Shown here one piece after another: positions 28,849 through 42,300 of a stretch of 64,000 nucleotides of DNA. The stretch spans positions 8,953,709 through 9,017,708 of the forward strand of contig CM119267.1 in the NCBI GenBank assembly GCA_051294375.1, given 5' to 3'. The notes beneath the pieces are model-generated. The model did no database searches, was not told where the DNA came from, and saw only the letters and a list, made by a program, of their open reading frames with translations. The position numbers and the translations under genes were made by a program. This DNA comes from Paraspadella gotoi. Taxonomy: Eukaryota; Animalia; Chaetognatha. Each line of letters starts with the position of its first letter. Position 1 is the first letter of the stretch.

Positions 28849-29799
28849 ATAAATTTATATTCAGCTGTCATCATCGCATGTCCCTTAAAATGATAGTCAG
28901 GACAGTTATTAAATGTTTTGTTACATTTTATCAAAACAAACAAATATTTCCTCTATCTATCGAGCCAGGGCGGGCAAAAGCCCCTGTCTAGATTTTTTTT
29001 TCGTTTAGCTTCTCGGTCTCGCTTTTTTGCAATCATGGCTTTGAAAGTGTGATATCATGGAGTTGAATTTTCATATATGGTCTTCTAATCATAAATCTTT
29101 TAAAAATTCTTCATGTTTTCATATCAATTATTCGTTATTTGTTTATGTTTTATTTACAAAACCAAAAAACGTATTTAATTATATGTCGCCTTCTCTCTTC
29201 TCTCTTTTTCTCCGTCACTGTTTCTTCTAAAACGAGTTACCGGCTCTGCAGCTTCTTCCAGCTTATCCTTTCTCTCTCTCTCTTCTCTCCTCTCTCTTTT
29301 TTTTTTACAAAAAAATTTTTTTAGATATAATGTGGGTTCGACTAATGTTAAAAAAACGATGCGCGCCGAATAGCGGCGCGAACCCGTAGGAAAGCTCACG
29401 CTTACGTTGCGGCGCCATAAGTACTGCTGATTCCTAACGAGGTAAAGGCGGCTGTAGAGCTTCTCTCTACTCTTCTCTCTTTTAATTATTATATATCGCC
29501 TCTTTCTTCTTTCTCTTTTTCTCATGCAGCGGCTGTCTTCTCTCTCTCTCTTTTCTCTCTCTTCTCTCTGTCTCTCTGTCTCTCCTGTTCTGGGTCTGTC
29601 CCTATCTGTCCGATCTTTTGCGTGATCGTTTGTTTTTGAAAAATCTGATTATTTTTTTCCTTCTAAAAATTTTTATTATTGCCATTTATTCCGCGCTTTT
29701 TTCAATAAAAATCCCATATTTCATCGAGATTTTCGTGGATTTATTCTCTTTCTTTCTCTCTACTCTCTCTCATCTCTCTTTCTCTCTCTTCTCTCTTTC

Positions 29800-29851
<52 letters not shown>

Positions 29852-29880
29852 ACTCATACACGCCATTTGGTTTGTTTTAT

Positions 29881-30120
29881 TGACTATCATCGCATCAATG
29901 AATGACATCATCGAATCATGATATAGACAATCATCGATCACTGAATGACTATCATCACAGCACGTGAATGACTATCATCGCATCAATAATGATTATCATC
30001 GAATCAATAATCAATCCACGAACGAGAGTTTATGTGTCCACAATCATACATCATAAATTACTATTACATCAATCAATTAGTATTACCTCAATAAATTACT
30101 AGGTACATCAACAATCGTTC
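29881..30120. repeat. Degenerate ~22-bp minisatellite (TGACTATCATCGCATCAATGAA)
   Basis: Units at 29881, 29903, 29946, 29969 and 29990, degenerating afterwards. Confidence 0.75.
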
Positions 30121-30245
30121 TATCGCCTATGATTCATTCGGTTTTTTTCCCGGTTTTTCGATTTAATTTTCTTATGATAGTGGGCTCTGGCTCGATCTTG
30201 AGTCTTTAAGATTTTTTTATTTCATGTTCTCCTCTCTCTCTCTCG

Positions 30246-30277
<32 letters not shown>

Positions 30278-30409
30278 CTCTCACTCTCTCTGTTCTCCTC
30301 CTCATCTCTCCTTTTTACTGCTAATAGCGACGATCCTTATGCTTTTAAGATTTTTTTTACACTTGCAATCATTTTTCTTCAACTTGCATAATTTTTTCAA
30401 ACTTTGCAT

Positions 30410-31335
30410 TCAGTCAGAAACTTTATTATCTAGCTTCTTCACTCACTTTCCTACCGGCCTCACAACATAATTTCATCTCAATCTATCATGGTTAAAATAA
30501 ATAAAAAGATTCAAGGTTAAATGTGACTCATTTTTTTTCATTTAAACTCATCTTCCACTGGTTCGTTTCACTGAAACTTTTATATCAAGCTTTCGTCATC
30601 ACGTTTTCCTACCACACACAAAATTTCAACTCAACCTACTTCCATCAATTATGATTAATTTGAGTTATTTATTGGTTAAAATAAGTAAAAAGATTTTAGT
30701 AAATTATTATGTTTTTTCCATTAAACTAATTTCCACTCACAACGATTCCATCGAAATTTATATCCAGCTTTATCACACACTTTCCTACCCACACACACAA
30801 TAATTGTAATTCCAATCCAACCAGCCAATCCACGAGTTATTGCGAGCTTTGCTAAGATGCGGACGGATGACGGATTGATTTGACTATTACATAATTATTG
30901 ATTAATTTATTATAATTTGATTAATTAACTATTAATATTGATCTTATCTACATAACATCCTGCTAGATACATCTTAATATAAAAGAACAAAAAGAAGCAT
31001 AATCAATTAGCCGTAAATCAGCACAGGTTTTTTCGTTTTTTCCATTACAACTCCATTCATCAAACTATTCCTCGAAACTTGATTTTCTTGTTCAATCACA
31101 CACCTTTCCTACCGCCACAACAAAATTCCAGGTCAATCAGCCCCATCCACTCATGAGCAATTGGTGGTTCAAAAGTGAATATATTTTTTTGTTTTTTCCC
31201 ATTTTAAACTCACTTCCACTCGGACGATCCATCGTAAACTTAATATCCAGCTTCAATCCACACACTACCTATCCACACACAAAATTCAATCTAAATCCAT
31301 CCATCCAATCACGAGTAATTGGTCTGTTTTTTGCT
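30410..31335. repeat. Internal ~160-180-bp tandem repeat array of the HINE (about 5 units)
   Basis: Recurrent GAAACTT…TATCCAGCTT…TTTCCTACC…CACAAAATTTC motif near 30417, 30574, 30753, 31074 and 31234. Confidence 0.75.
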
Positions 31336-33717
31336 AAGGTGGACGGGTACGGACGGACGGACCGCGACCGAACGGACGGTCGGACGGACGGTACGGACGG
31401 ACAGACAGACGGGACTCGACGGACATCATTTTTGCAGTAACTTCTATCCATAATTCGATGTTCTGACATGAGTATAAGTGCATTCGTGCCCGACGAATTA
31501 TTGATGGGGGCGGGACCACGACCGAAAAAGTGAGTTATGAAAAGTGAGTTATGAGAGTCGGGATTCTGCTGATTAAAGCAGATCCGACTAAAAAGTTATT
31601 AATAATTATTAAACGATTAATATCAATTAGAAACCGTGTCATTTGAAAGATTTACTTTTTCAGAGTAACTTCATTATTAGATATTAAAGAAAGTAATTAA
31701 AGAGGACTTAGAAAAATCGAAAACGTAAATTAAATTGTCTCTTTGGAACAGGAAAACTGATTGTGACAATTCAAGAATGGAGAAGGGAAATGAAAAAAAA
31801 AATTGAGATAAAGAATTCCAGACTTGAAATTCAAAGATGGAGAGAGAGAGAGAGAGATAGAGATGAGAGAGAGAGAGGAGAGAGATGAGAGAGAGAGACG
31901 AGAGAGAGAAGACGAGAGAGAGAGAGAGAGAGAGAGACGAGAACGAGGGGATGCGAGCGAGAGAGCTCTTTCCTTGTCGTACTATGACGTATTAACCTTG
32001 TTTAACGACCATTGTCAACCAGGAGAGTCTTAAAGGCGGCGGCGAAAAAAAAGAGAAAAACAGAAACTGACGAGAAAGAGAGACTCGGCGGGAAATTAGA
32101 ACACCCCACCTACTAAAATTCAATTAGTAGCGCCGAACCTGGCAAACGTCTCGTTATAACTTACTTTGCTGAGCGCCCTAATGATTTTTCGCTTTGATTT
32201 TTCCGAAGAATCTTTAGCGTTTCGAGAGATTCGTTACGGTTTACAGATTTTTGCTCGAATCAGTCGCATCCTCTAAAAAAAATTAAAAAATAAAAAACCC
32301 ATTTATTCTCAAGTTTTTTAATTTTTGATTTAAAAGCGCCTCTTTGTTCTGAGAATTTCTTTTCTAGCATACGATCTTAAAGATCACACGGCGTTCCTCT
32401 ATTCCTTAAGTTTCTTCGTCCCTCTACCTATGCCCTCGACTCTACCCTACCTCCCTTTCTCTCCACATTCGACCTCCCCCCTTCCGCCCCCCAGTCCGCC
32501 CCCGTCTCCCTCCCCAACCTTTTCCTCTTTCTTCAAGACGCAATCATGGCTTTCTTCCAGCCTCGTCTCCTTAAACACCATAAAAGGCATCGGGTCTAAT
32601 CGAGCGATCGCCTTGCTTCTCTTGGAACAATCATTAACACATCGGAACTACGCTAATGGTCCGAAGCGAGATGCAGAGGGAGGGAGGGAGATGAGAGAAA
32701 GAGAGAGAGAGAGAGGAGAGAGAGTAGATCGAGGAGACTGGAGAGAGATGAGAGAGAGAGAGAGAGAGAGAGTGGCCCTGGTCTCGTTGTCGGCGGAAGG
32801 GCTGGCTAGAAAGAAGAAAAGGGAAAAACTACTCAAAAAAATAGGGGGGGGAGGTTGGCAAAGGACTCGGCGCGTTTTCATTTTATTGCGAACGACCAGA
32901 CGAACTGAATTGTTGCAGATCGTTAAACATTTATTAAAACGAGATAGGGAGATGAGAGAGAGAGAGAGATGAGAGAGAGAGAGTAGAGAGAGAGAGAGAG
33001 AGAGACGAGAGAGAGTGCTTCTCTTTTCTCTGCATCACCGCGATTGATTTTCCTTCTACGCATTTCTTCCTTTTTCTTCTTTTCGCTTTTTTTGCTTTGC
33101 TTGCTTGTGGTGTTCATTATTTCTTTTATTGGAGGCTTTTTCCGAACTTATCTCTCTCTCCTCTCTATCTCTCTCTCTCTCCTCTCTCTCTCTCTCTACT
33201 CTCTCTCTCTCTCTCTCTCTCCTCTTCTTCTCCTCTCTCTCTACAGTACCGGAATTAGGTGGAGGAATCGTGATTTAAGTCTGCGCATTCGAGAATCGAG
33301 GCCTCTCAGTCTTGAAATATTAGGCGCCCGGCACTCGAGCCTCCGGCACGCGGCTCTCGGCGATCCGGCGGCCAAAAAAGAAGCGCTTGATATAACGACG
33401 GCCGGGATAAATCCCGGCGGCCGGATGTGAAACGAAGTCCTATGTGAGATGAAATTAACATGTTTACAAAATTTTAAACCATGAATCTTCTTAGGGTTTA
33501 CCAAAAAACTGCCTTTTTATTCATACTTTCGTTTAATTTGATACAGATTACATTAAACAATATTGAAGTTAAAGAATAAATAAAAAGAAAGAAAAGAAAG
33601 AAATAAAAAACTAAAAAATAAAGTTACTTGTTTGAGTGGTAACTATGTAAGTATTTAAGTACTGTAGAGGTGTTTGGGAGTTATCACAATTTTGAAAGTA
33701 TACTCAGCAGTTCGTTG

Positions 33718-33787
<70 letters not shown>

Positions 33788-34095
33788 TGAGTTTCTTTTC
33801 ATGAAGACTTAATTAGTCTCACCTCACTTAAAAGGAGAAAATTCACTCTGATAAATGGAACGGCGCTCCCTGTCGGAAGGCGACGGAATTGGAGCGAGGA
33901 AGGAAAGGGGAGATAAAGAAAGGAAAAGAAAAAGAAAGGGAGCGAATTAAGAAAAAGGAAAGAAAAAGAAAAGGGAGGAGCTCGGAGCGAATAAGGATGG
34001 TCATCGCAGGATCGACGATGCAAAGACTAATATTTTTCGGATGGGCGGCTTTCTGCCAAACCTCTTTCTCTCTTCTCTCCTCTCTCTCTCTCTCT

Positions 34096-34140
<45 letters not shown>

Positions 34141-34407
34141 GAGATGTATATCCCTACCGGAAAAGTGAGTTGAGTGATTGTGCATAGTGCATTGTGGTAT
34201 TCTGAGAGCGAGTCGAAAGTCAGGACATCGCGCGAACCCTTGGGCAATCAGTTTCCAAAGTAATGGCAACGGACTTTCCGATTTTTTCCTTTCGGTTTGT
34301 TACTCGGAATTCATTTCACAAAAGATCAACTCTCCAAGGTTTTTCTTCTTACAGTCGCCCGTCTTCCTTTGACTATTTCTCTCTCTCTATCATCTCTTCT
34401 CTCTTCA

Positions 34408-34451
<44 letters not shown>

Positions 34452-34674
34452 CCCTCTCTCTCTATTGTCTCTCTCCTCTCCCCCACCAGGCGCAATGCAG
34501 GAGAAGCGCTTGAATTTAAGCCTCATCACCGGAATCGCGTACTCGAGTTAAGGACGAAAAAAAAACTTCTTTTTCTTTCTTCCGCTTTTTTTTTTCTCTC
34601 AAATGAACTCGAAAAAAAGATTTTTCTATTAAAGGAGAAAAAAAAGGCGACGGATAGAGAAAAAACTCTTCTTT

Positions 34675-34758
<84 letters not shown>

Positions 34759-36021
34759 TCTACCATCTCCTTTTTTCTAATTTTCAAGGCTGACGCTAAG
34801 ACGATAATTTAGATGGAAATTCCTTTATTCCTTTTACGGACGATTCCTGGTTTAAAATACCAATTTGAAAGAAAGGGAAAGGAGAGGGGGGGCATTTTTT
34901 TTCATTCCCTACCCCCCCCCCCAATTTTTTTTTCTTATAAATCGCTTCGAAGAAGAAAAGATTAAATTTCATTACATCCGTATCGGGTAATCGACGGAAG
35001 AAAGGGAAAGGAGAATAGGCGAGAGGAAAGCGGGAGCAAATCTCGCCCTTAATTTACTCCCTTTTTCTTCCTCCTTTCCTTCCCTCCTTCCTTTCTCACG
35101 AGCCCTAAACTTTCCTCCACGGCGTTGCCGCTCCCCCCCCCCCACAGGAGCGTTCGCCTTCTCTCGAGAGACCCTCTGGTCTCTTCTCCTCCCCCTCTCC
35201 CTCCCCGCAACCCGTTTCCCCTCTTCCTTCACCCCCCTCCCCTACGAGCTTGGTTTCTTTGCTACCCCCCCCCACCTATGCATTTTTTCCCGGGCGAAAC
35301 CAGGGCCTCATTAGGCCCCGAGAGCGCCTGACTCCATCTCCGGTGGAAAAGCTCGATGGTGTAGGAGTAGTACAATACGAAATTCGTGTGCAGAAGTATC
35401 TCTCTGCTGTTNNNNNNNNNNNNNNNNNNNNNNNNNCCGCCACCGCCGCGCCCCGCTTCCGCCGAGGGGCCGTCAATGTCGAATCGCTCCGGCGCCCGTT
35501 TCTCCACCGGCGGCGGCGCTTTTTTTTTTTTCTTAGTTGAAACGCGTCGGGGCGACGCGAAGGTCCTGCGTTCGAGGCGGGGTCGACCCTCGATCCGAGA
35601 ATTTGCGGTTGCGTCGATGGGCGGTCATTAACCTCGACAGAGGGTGGAAAGAGTGACGGCGGTTGTGAGTGGGAAAAATCAAGATCATCGCACAATAACG
35701 ACTGTGGAATTAGAATCGTCAATTTTCGTATTCAGTTAACTCTTTATAATCAGCGATTTAACTTTGACGCTACCCTTCGATAGCAAGTAACTCGCGAAAG
35801 ATTTAACTGACCTACTCTCGCCTCTTTTCTCCCTCTCTTCTACTTAATCTCCCCATCGTCGTCATCATCATCATCATTATCATCATCCTCCTCTTCCTCC
35901 TCCTCTTCCTCCTCCCCTTCCTCCTCCTAACCCCGGGTTCGACGATTCCCGAGAGAATCTAATGGCATCTCGTTTCGGGGCAGGGCATGGGGGAGAGAGA
36001 AGAGAGAGAGAGAGAGAGAAA

Positions 36022-36059
<38 letters not shown>

Positions 36060-37785
36060 AGAAGAGAGAGAGAGCTTTGGATCTTAATTCTCAAATCCTG
36101 GAATGTGGCTTTCGTTTTGACCCGAAGCGAGTGATTCGAATGCTCGAAACGGGGCCATTCTCGCGAAATGCTAAGGAAACGGGGCCGCCTAGTTTTTTAT
36201 CGCCATTTTTTAAAAAAAAAGTTAATTTAATAATTATTAAACGATTAATATAATTAGAAAGCCGTGTCATTGAAAGATTTCTTTTCAGAGTAACTTCATT
36301 ATTAGATATTAAAGAAAAGTAATTAAAGAGGACTTAGAAAAAAGTCGACGTAATTAAATGTCTCTTGGAACAGGAAAACTGATTGTGACAATCAAGAAGG
36401 AGGAAGGGAATGAAAAAAAAAAGTTGAGATAAAGAATCAGATTGAAATTCAAAGATGGAGAGAGAGAGAGAGAGATAGAAGGAGAGAGAGAGAGAGAGAG
36501 AGAGAGAGCAGAGATGAGAGAGAGAGAAGAGAGAAAGAGGAGTGGAGAGAGAGAAGAGAGTAAGAGGTGAGAGTAGAAACGAGGGGATGGAGGATAGAAG
36601 GCCTCTTTCCTTGTGGTACCTATGACGTTATTAACCTTGTTTTGTTTAACGACATTGTCCACCAGCAGAGTCTTAAAGGAGCGCGGGAAAAAAAAAAAGA
36701 GAAAAAACAGAAACTGAAAAAAGAGACTCGGGCGGAAATTAACACCCACCTCTAAGATCTCAATAGTTAGCGCCGAACTGGCCAACGTCTCGTATTAATT
36801 ACTTTTGCTGAGGCGCCCCTAATGATTTTCGCACTTTGATTTTTCCGAAGAATCTTTAGCGTTTCGAGAGGATTCGTTACGGTTACCAGGTTTGGCTTCC
36901 GATCAGTTCGCATCTCTAAAAAAAAATAGAAAAATAAAAACCATTTATTCTCAAGTTTTTTTTTAATCTTGATGTAAATGTCGCCCTCCTTTGTTCGCAG
37001 AATTTCTTTTTCTAGGGCAATTACCGATTCTTAAGAGATTCACGGACGCGGTCCTTCTATTTCCTTTAAGTTCGGGTTCTTTTCCGTCCCTCACCCTATT
37101 GCCCGATCGAACAAAAGCTTCTACCCTACCATCCCTTCTCTCCACATTAGCGCACCTCCGCCCTATTTCTTAACCCCGACCACGACCCCCCCATCTTTTT
37201 TTCCGCCCTCGTCTCCCCTCCCCAACTTTCGCTTTTTCTTCAGGATCGCAATCATGGCTTTTCTCCCAGCCTCGTCTCCTTTTAAACACCATAAAAAGGC
37301 ATCGGGTCTGAATAGGACGCCTTTGTTCCTCTTGGAACAATCTTAACACATCGGAACTACGCTAATGGTTCGAAGCGAGATGGGAGGGAGGGAGGGAGAT
37401 GAGAGAAAAGAGAGAGAAGACGGAGAGAACGATCGACGAGAGAGAGGAGAACGGAGAGATCTCTAGGATGATGAGATGAGAGAGAGAGAGATTGGCGCCT
37501 GGGTCTCCGGGTTGTCGGCGGAAGGGGCGCAGAAAGTAAGAAGAAGGGAAAGTAAAGGAACTACTCTCATATATTATACGTAGGGAGGTGGTTGGCTAAA
37601 GACTCGGCTAGGTTTTCTTTTATTGAAACCCAGAACCAGACAACTGACTTGGAGATTATATTATCATATATATATCTATATATATCGGAGATGAGAGAAT
37701 TGACGAGAAGATAGAGAGCATGAGAGAGAGACTGAGGCAGATGCGGTCAAATCTCTCTCTNNNNNNNNNNNNNNNNNNNNNNNNN

Positions 37786-37818
<33 letters not shown>

Positions 37819-38028
37819 GGGGGATGGAGGAAGAGAGCTCTTTCCTTGTGTACTATGACGTTATTAACCTTGTTTAACGACATTGTCCACCAGAGAGTCT
37901 TAAAGGCGGGGGAAAAAAAAAGAGAAAAACAGAAACTGAGAGAAAGAGAGACTCGGGCGGAAATTAGACACCCACCTACTAAATTCAATTAGTAGCGCCG
38001 AACCTGGCAACGTCTCGTTATTAATTAC

Positions 38029-38137
38029 TTTTGCTGAGGCGCCCTAATGATTTTCGCTTTGATTTTTCCGAAGAATCTTTAGCGTTTCGAGAGATTCGTT
38101 TACGGGTTTACAGGTTTTGCTTCGATCAGTCGCATCT
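38029..38137 (-). CDS. Candidate internal exon, basic (EMRLIEAKPVNRKRISRNAKDSSEKSKRKSLGRLSK, consensus of 3 copies)
   Basis: Strong T-rich acceptor TTTTTTTAG and GTAATT donor; the frame needs a 1-bp correction taken from another copy. Confidence 0.3.
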
Positions 38138-39299
38138 CTAAAAAAATAAAAAATAAAAAACCATTTATTCTCAAGTTTTTTTAATTTTTGATTTAAATGC
38201 GCCTCTTTGTTCGAGAATTTCTTTTCTAGCAATACGATCTTAAGAGATCACGACGCGTTCCTCTATTCCTTAAGTTTCTTCGTCCCCTCTACCCTATGCC
38301 CTCGACTCTACCCTACCTCCCTNNNNNNNNNNNNNNNNNNNNNNNNNNNNNNNNNNNNNNNNNNNNNNNNNNNNNNNNNNNNNNNNNNNNNNNNNNNNNN
38401 NNNNNNNNNNNNNNNNNNNNNNNNNNNNNNNNNNNNNNNNNNNNNNNNNNNNNNNNNNNNNNNNNNNNNNNNNNNNNNNNNNNNNNNNNNNNNNNNNNNN
38501 NNNNNNNNNNNNNNNNNNNNNNNNNNNNNNNNNNNNNNNNNNNNNNNNNNNNNNNNNNNNNNNNNNNNNNNNNNNNNNNNNNNNNNNNNNNNNNNNNNNN
38601 NNNNNNNNNNNNNNNNNNNNNNNNNNNNNNNNNNNNNNNNNNNNNNNNNNNNNNNNNNNNNNNNNNNNNNNNNNNNNNNNNNNNNNNNNNNNNNNNNNNN
38701 NNNNNNNNNNNNNNNNNNNNNNNNNNNNNNNNNNNNNNNNNNNNNNNNNNNNNNNNNNNNNNNNNNNNNNNNNNNNNNNNNNNNNNNNNNNNNNNNNNNN
38801 NNNNNNNNNNNNNNNNNNNNNNNNNNNNNNNNNNNNNNNNNNNNNNNNNNNNNNNNNNNNNNNNNNNNNNNNNNNNNNNNNNNNNNNNNNNNNNNNNNNN
38901 NNNNNNNNNNNNNNNNNNNNNNNNNNNNNNNNNNNNNNNNNNNNNNNNNNNNNNNNNNNNNNNNNNNNNNNNNNNNNNNNNNNNNNNNNNNNNNNNNNNN
39001 NNNNNNNNNNNNNNNNNNNNNNNNNNNNNNNNNNNNNNNNNNNNNNNNNNNNNNNNNNNNNNNNNNNNNNNNNNNNNNNNNNNNNNNNNNNNNNNNNNNN
39101 NNNNNNNNNNNNNNNNNNNNNNNNNNNNNNNNNNNNNNNNNNNNNNNNNNNNNNNNNNNNNNNNNNNNNNNNNNNNNNNNNNNNNNNNNNNNNNNNNNNN
39201 NNNNNNNNNNNNNNNNNNNNNNNNNNNNNNNNNNNNNNNNNNNNNNNNNNNNNNNNNNNNNNNNNNNNNNNNNNNNNNNNNNNNNNNNNNNNNNNNNNN

Positions 39300-39475
39300 T
39301 AGGTGGAGGAATCAGTGATTAAGTCTGCGATTCGAAATCGAGGCCTCTCAGTCTTGAAATTAGGCGCCCGGCACTCGAGCCTCCCGGCACGCGGCTCTCG
39401 GCGATCCGGCGGCCAAAAGAAGCGCTTGATTAACGACGGCCGGGATAAATCCCGGCGCCGGATGTGAAACGAAGC
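39300..39475 (-). CDS. Candidate internal exon with eh1-like FRIADLI (other copy 33250-33439)
   Basis: CTCCACTAG acceptor; G|GTAC donor in the other copy; consensus GFVSHPAPGFIPAVVNQALLLAAGSPRAACRRLECRAPNFKTERPRFRIADLITIPPPNS needs two single-base corrections between copies. Confidence 0.4.
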
Positions 39476-39744
39476 CTAGTGGAGATGAAATAAATTGTTT
39501 TGAAAAATTTTAAACATAATCATTTTCGTTGGTTTACAGAAAAACTGCCTTTTTTTCATACTTTCGTTTAATTGATACAGATTACATTAAAAAATATTGA
39601 AGTTAAAGAATAAATAAAAAGAAAAGAAAAGAAAGAAATAAAAACTAAAAAATAAAGTTACTTGTTTGAGGGTAACTATGTAAGTATTTAAGTATGTAGA
39701 GTGTTTGGGAGTTATCACAATTGAAGTAACTCAGCAGTTGTTTG

Positions 39745-39808
<64 letters not shown>

Positions 39809-40076
39809 TTTCATGAAAGACTTTAATTTAGTCTCGACTCTCACTTAAGATTAGGAGAAAATTCACTCTGATAAATGGAACGGCGCTCCCGTCGGAAGGC
39901 GACGGAATTGGAAGCGGAGGCAGGAAAGGGGAGAAAAGGAAAGGAAAAGAAAAAAGGAAAGGGAGGAAATTAAGAAAAAGGAAAGGAAAAAGAAAAGGGA
40001 GAGAGCTCGGAGCGAAATAAGGAGGCATCGCGAGGACGAATGCAAAGACTGAATATTTTTCCGGATGGCGGCTTCT

Positions 40077-40151
<75 letters not shown>

Positions 40152-40168
40152 GAGATGTATATCCCTAC

Positions 40169-40202
40169 CGGAAATGAGGTTTGAGGATTGTGAATAGTGC
40201 AT
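40169..40202 (-). CDS. Candidate first coding exon (MHYSQSSNLIS|G)
   Basis: ATG plus G|GTAGGG donor in phase 1, matching the acceptor at 39475. Confidence 0.3.
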
Positions 40203-40377
40203 TGTGGATCGAGAGCGAGTCGAAAGTCAGGCCATCGCGCGACCCTTTGGGCAACAGTTTCCAAAGTAAGGCCAACGGACTTTCCGTTTTCCTTCGTTTG
40301 TTTACTTCGAATTCATTTCACAAAAGATCAACTTCTCCAAGGTTTTTCTTCTTACAGTCGCCCGTCTTTCCTTTGAC

Positions 40378-40408
<31 letters not shown>

Positions 40409-42300
40409 NNNNNNNNNNNNNNNNNNNNNNNNNNNNNNNNNNNNNNNNNNNNNNNNNNNNNNNNNNNNNNNNNNNNNNNNNNNNNNNNNNNNNNNNNNNN
40501 NNNNNNNNNNNNNNNNNNNNNNNNNNNNNNNNNNNNNNNNNNNNNNNNNNNNNNNNNNNNNNNNNNNNNNNNNNNNNNNNNNNNNNNNNNNNNNNNNNNN
40601 NNNNNNNNNNNNNNNNNNNNNNNNNNNNNNNNNNNNNNNNNNNNNNNNNNNNNNNNNNNNNNNNNNNNNNNNNNNNNNNNNNNNNNNNNNNNNNNNNNNN
40701 NNNNNNNNNNNNNNNNNNNNNNNNNNNNNNNNNNNNNNNNNNNNNNNNNNNNNNNNTCCTTTTTTTTTAATTTTCCAGGCTGACGTCTTAAGAGAGTAAT
40801 TTGATGGAAATTCCTTTATTTCCTTTTACGACGATTCCTTTGGTTTAAAACCAATTTGAAGAAAGGAAAGAGGAGGGGGGGGATTTTTTTTTCATTCCCT
40901 ACCCCCCCCCCAATTTTTTTTTTTATAAATCGCCTTCGAAGAAGAAAGAAAATTTCATTACATCCGTCGGTTAATCGACGGTAAGAAAGGGAAAGGAGAA
41001 TAGGCGGTAGAGGAAAGCGGGAGCAAATTCGCTCCTTAATTTCTCCCTTTTTCTTCCTTCCTTCCTTCCTTCCTTCCTTTCTCANNNNNNNNNNNNNNNN
41101 NNNNNNNNNNNNNNNNNNNNNNNNNNNNNNNNNNNNNNNNNNNNNNNNNNNNNNNNNNNNNNNNNNNNNNNNNNNNNNNNNNNNNNNNNNNNNNNNNNNN
41201 NNNNNNNNNNNNNNNNNNNNNNNNNNNNNNNNNNNNNNNNNNNNNNNNNCAGGCCTCATTAAGGCCCCGAGCGCTCGACTCCATCTCCCGGGGGAAAAGC
41301 TCGATGGGTTAAGTAATTACAATTTACAAGATTTCGTTCCAGAAGATGAGACTCTGCCTTTTTTCATTCCTTCGTCACCTCAGCCGGCCTCCTCCTGATG
41401 CTCCAGATCCTCTTCCTCTTCCTTCTGCTCCTCCTCCTCTTCCTCCTCCTCGCGCCACTCCCTTTTTTTTTTTCCTTCTCCCGATTTTCATCTTTGAGTT
41501 TGACTCGTTATTATTTGCTATTTTTAGCCCCAATTTTGCTTCCTCCATTTAGTTTTCTTTTATTTTCTGTGTTTACATTTTTTTATTTCTTATCTTTAAA
41601 TCTATTTTTGGATAAAAAAAATAGGAATATAATTCACCAATGAGTTGCAAGACGCCGCATCAGTCTAATTTTAGTCTCTTCATCCGTTGACGATAATTCG
41701 CAGAGTGAAAAAATTCGAAGTTTCAATTTTTTTCCCTTCGCAGGAGTGATTTACTTTTCTGAATCCAGATGACGAAAGTCAGCCGTAAATGTAACAAGGG
41801 TGGCTGGAAAGCAGAAGAACTTCTAAAGAAACCTCAGAAACTGAGAAACAAACTTTAAACTAAAAACTTTAATTAATATAACAATGTAACATATATTTTT
41901 CTTTATCATGTCAGAAACGAAGGTATATTTACATCATATTCTAGTTCTATGTACAAATGAAAAAAAGAGCTACAGATGGGTGACGAGAGATGATCAAAAA
42001 AAAAGAGCAAGAGATGTAGTGCGGGTTAGGAGGTCCGTCGGAAAAAAAAGGGGGCGGAGGTCTGAGAAGGATATTCCCTCCTGAGTTCTGAAAGCCAGAC
42101 GCTTAATGGATCAACCGATTCCGGCAAAAGAAAAAAAAAAGAAGAAAAAGTTAAGGAAAAGTTAAGGAAAAGTTAAGGAAAAAATAAGGGAAAAAAAACC
42201 TTCTTCCGTCGACAAAAGAAGTTTCCCGTCGAAGAAAAAAAAATGCAAACTTTTTTCTCTCTATTTTAAAAAAATTGCGTTTGAATTTTGAGAAAATGGT

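Larger units (their letters stand above)
28712..31592 (-). mobile_element. Helentron/Helitron2-associated non-autonomous element (HINE/DINE-1-like)
   Basis: AACAAG terminus; asymmetric inverted repeats at 28715-28735 and 31422-31443; (GACG/GACA)n at 31341-31422; ~160-180-bp internal repeats; terminal hairpin 31556-31589 followed by an A-run; empty site at ~36212-36221. Confidence 0.8.
27922..41345 (+). repeat. Duplicate block D: 27922-28711 + 31591-35400 is repeated at 35437-37700, 37786-38322 and 39300-41345
   Basis: Collinear indel-noisy copies abutting the 25-N gaps 35412-35436 and 37761-37785. Confidence 0.85.

Noticed and set aside
29881-31335. CRISPR-like repeat-spacer array
   Set aside because: Units are contiguous and degenerate, with no unique spacers or cas genes, in eukaryotic context.
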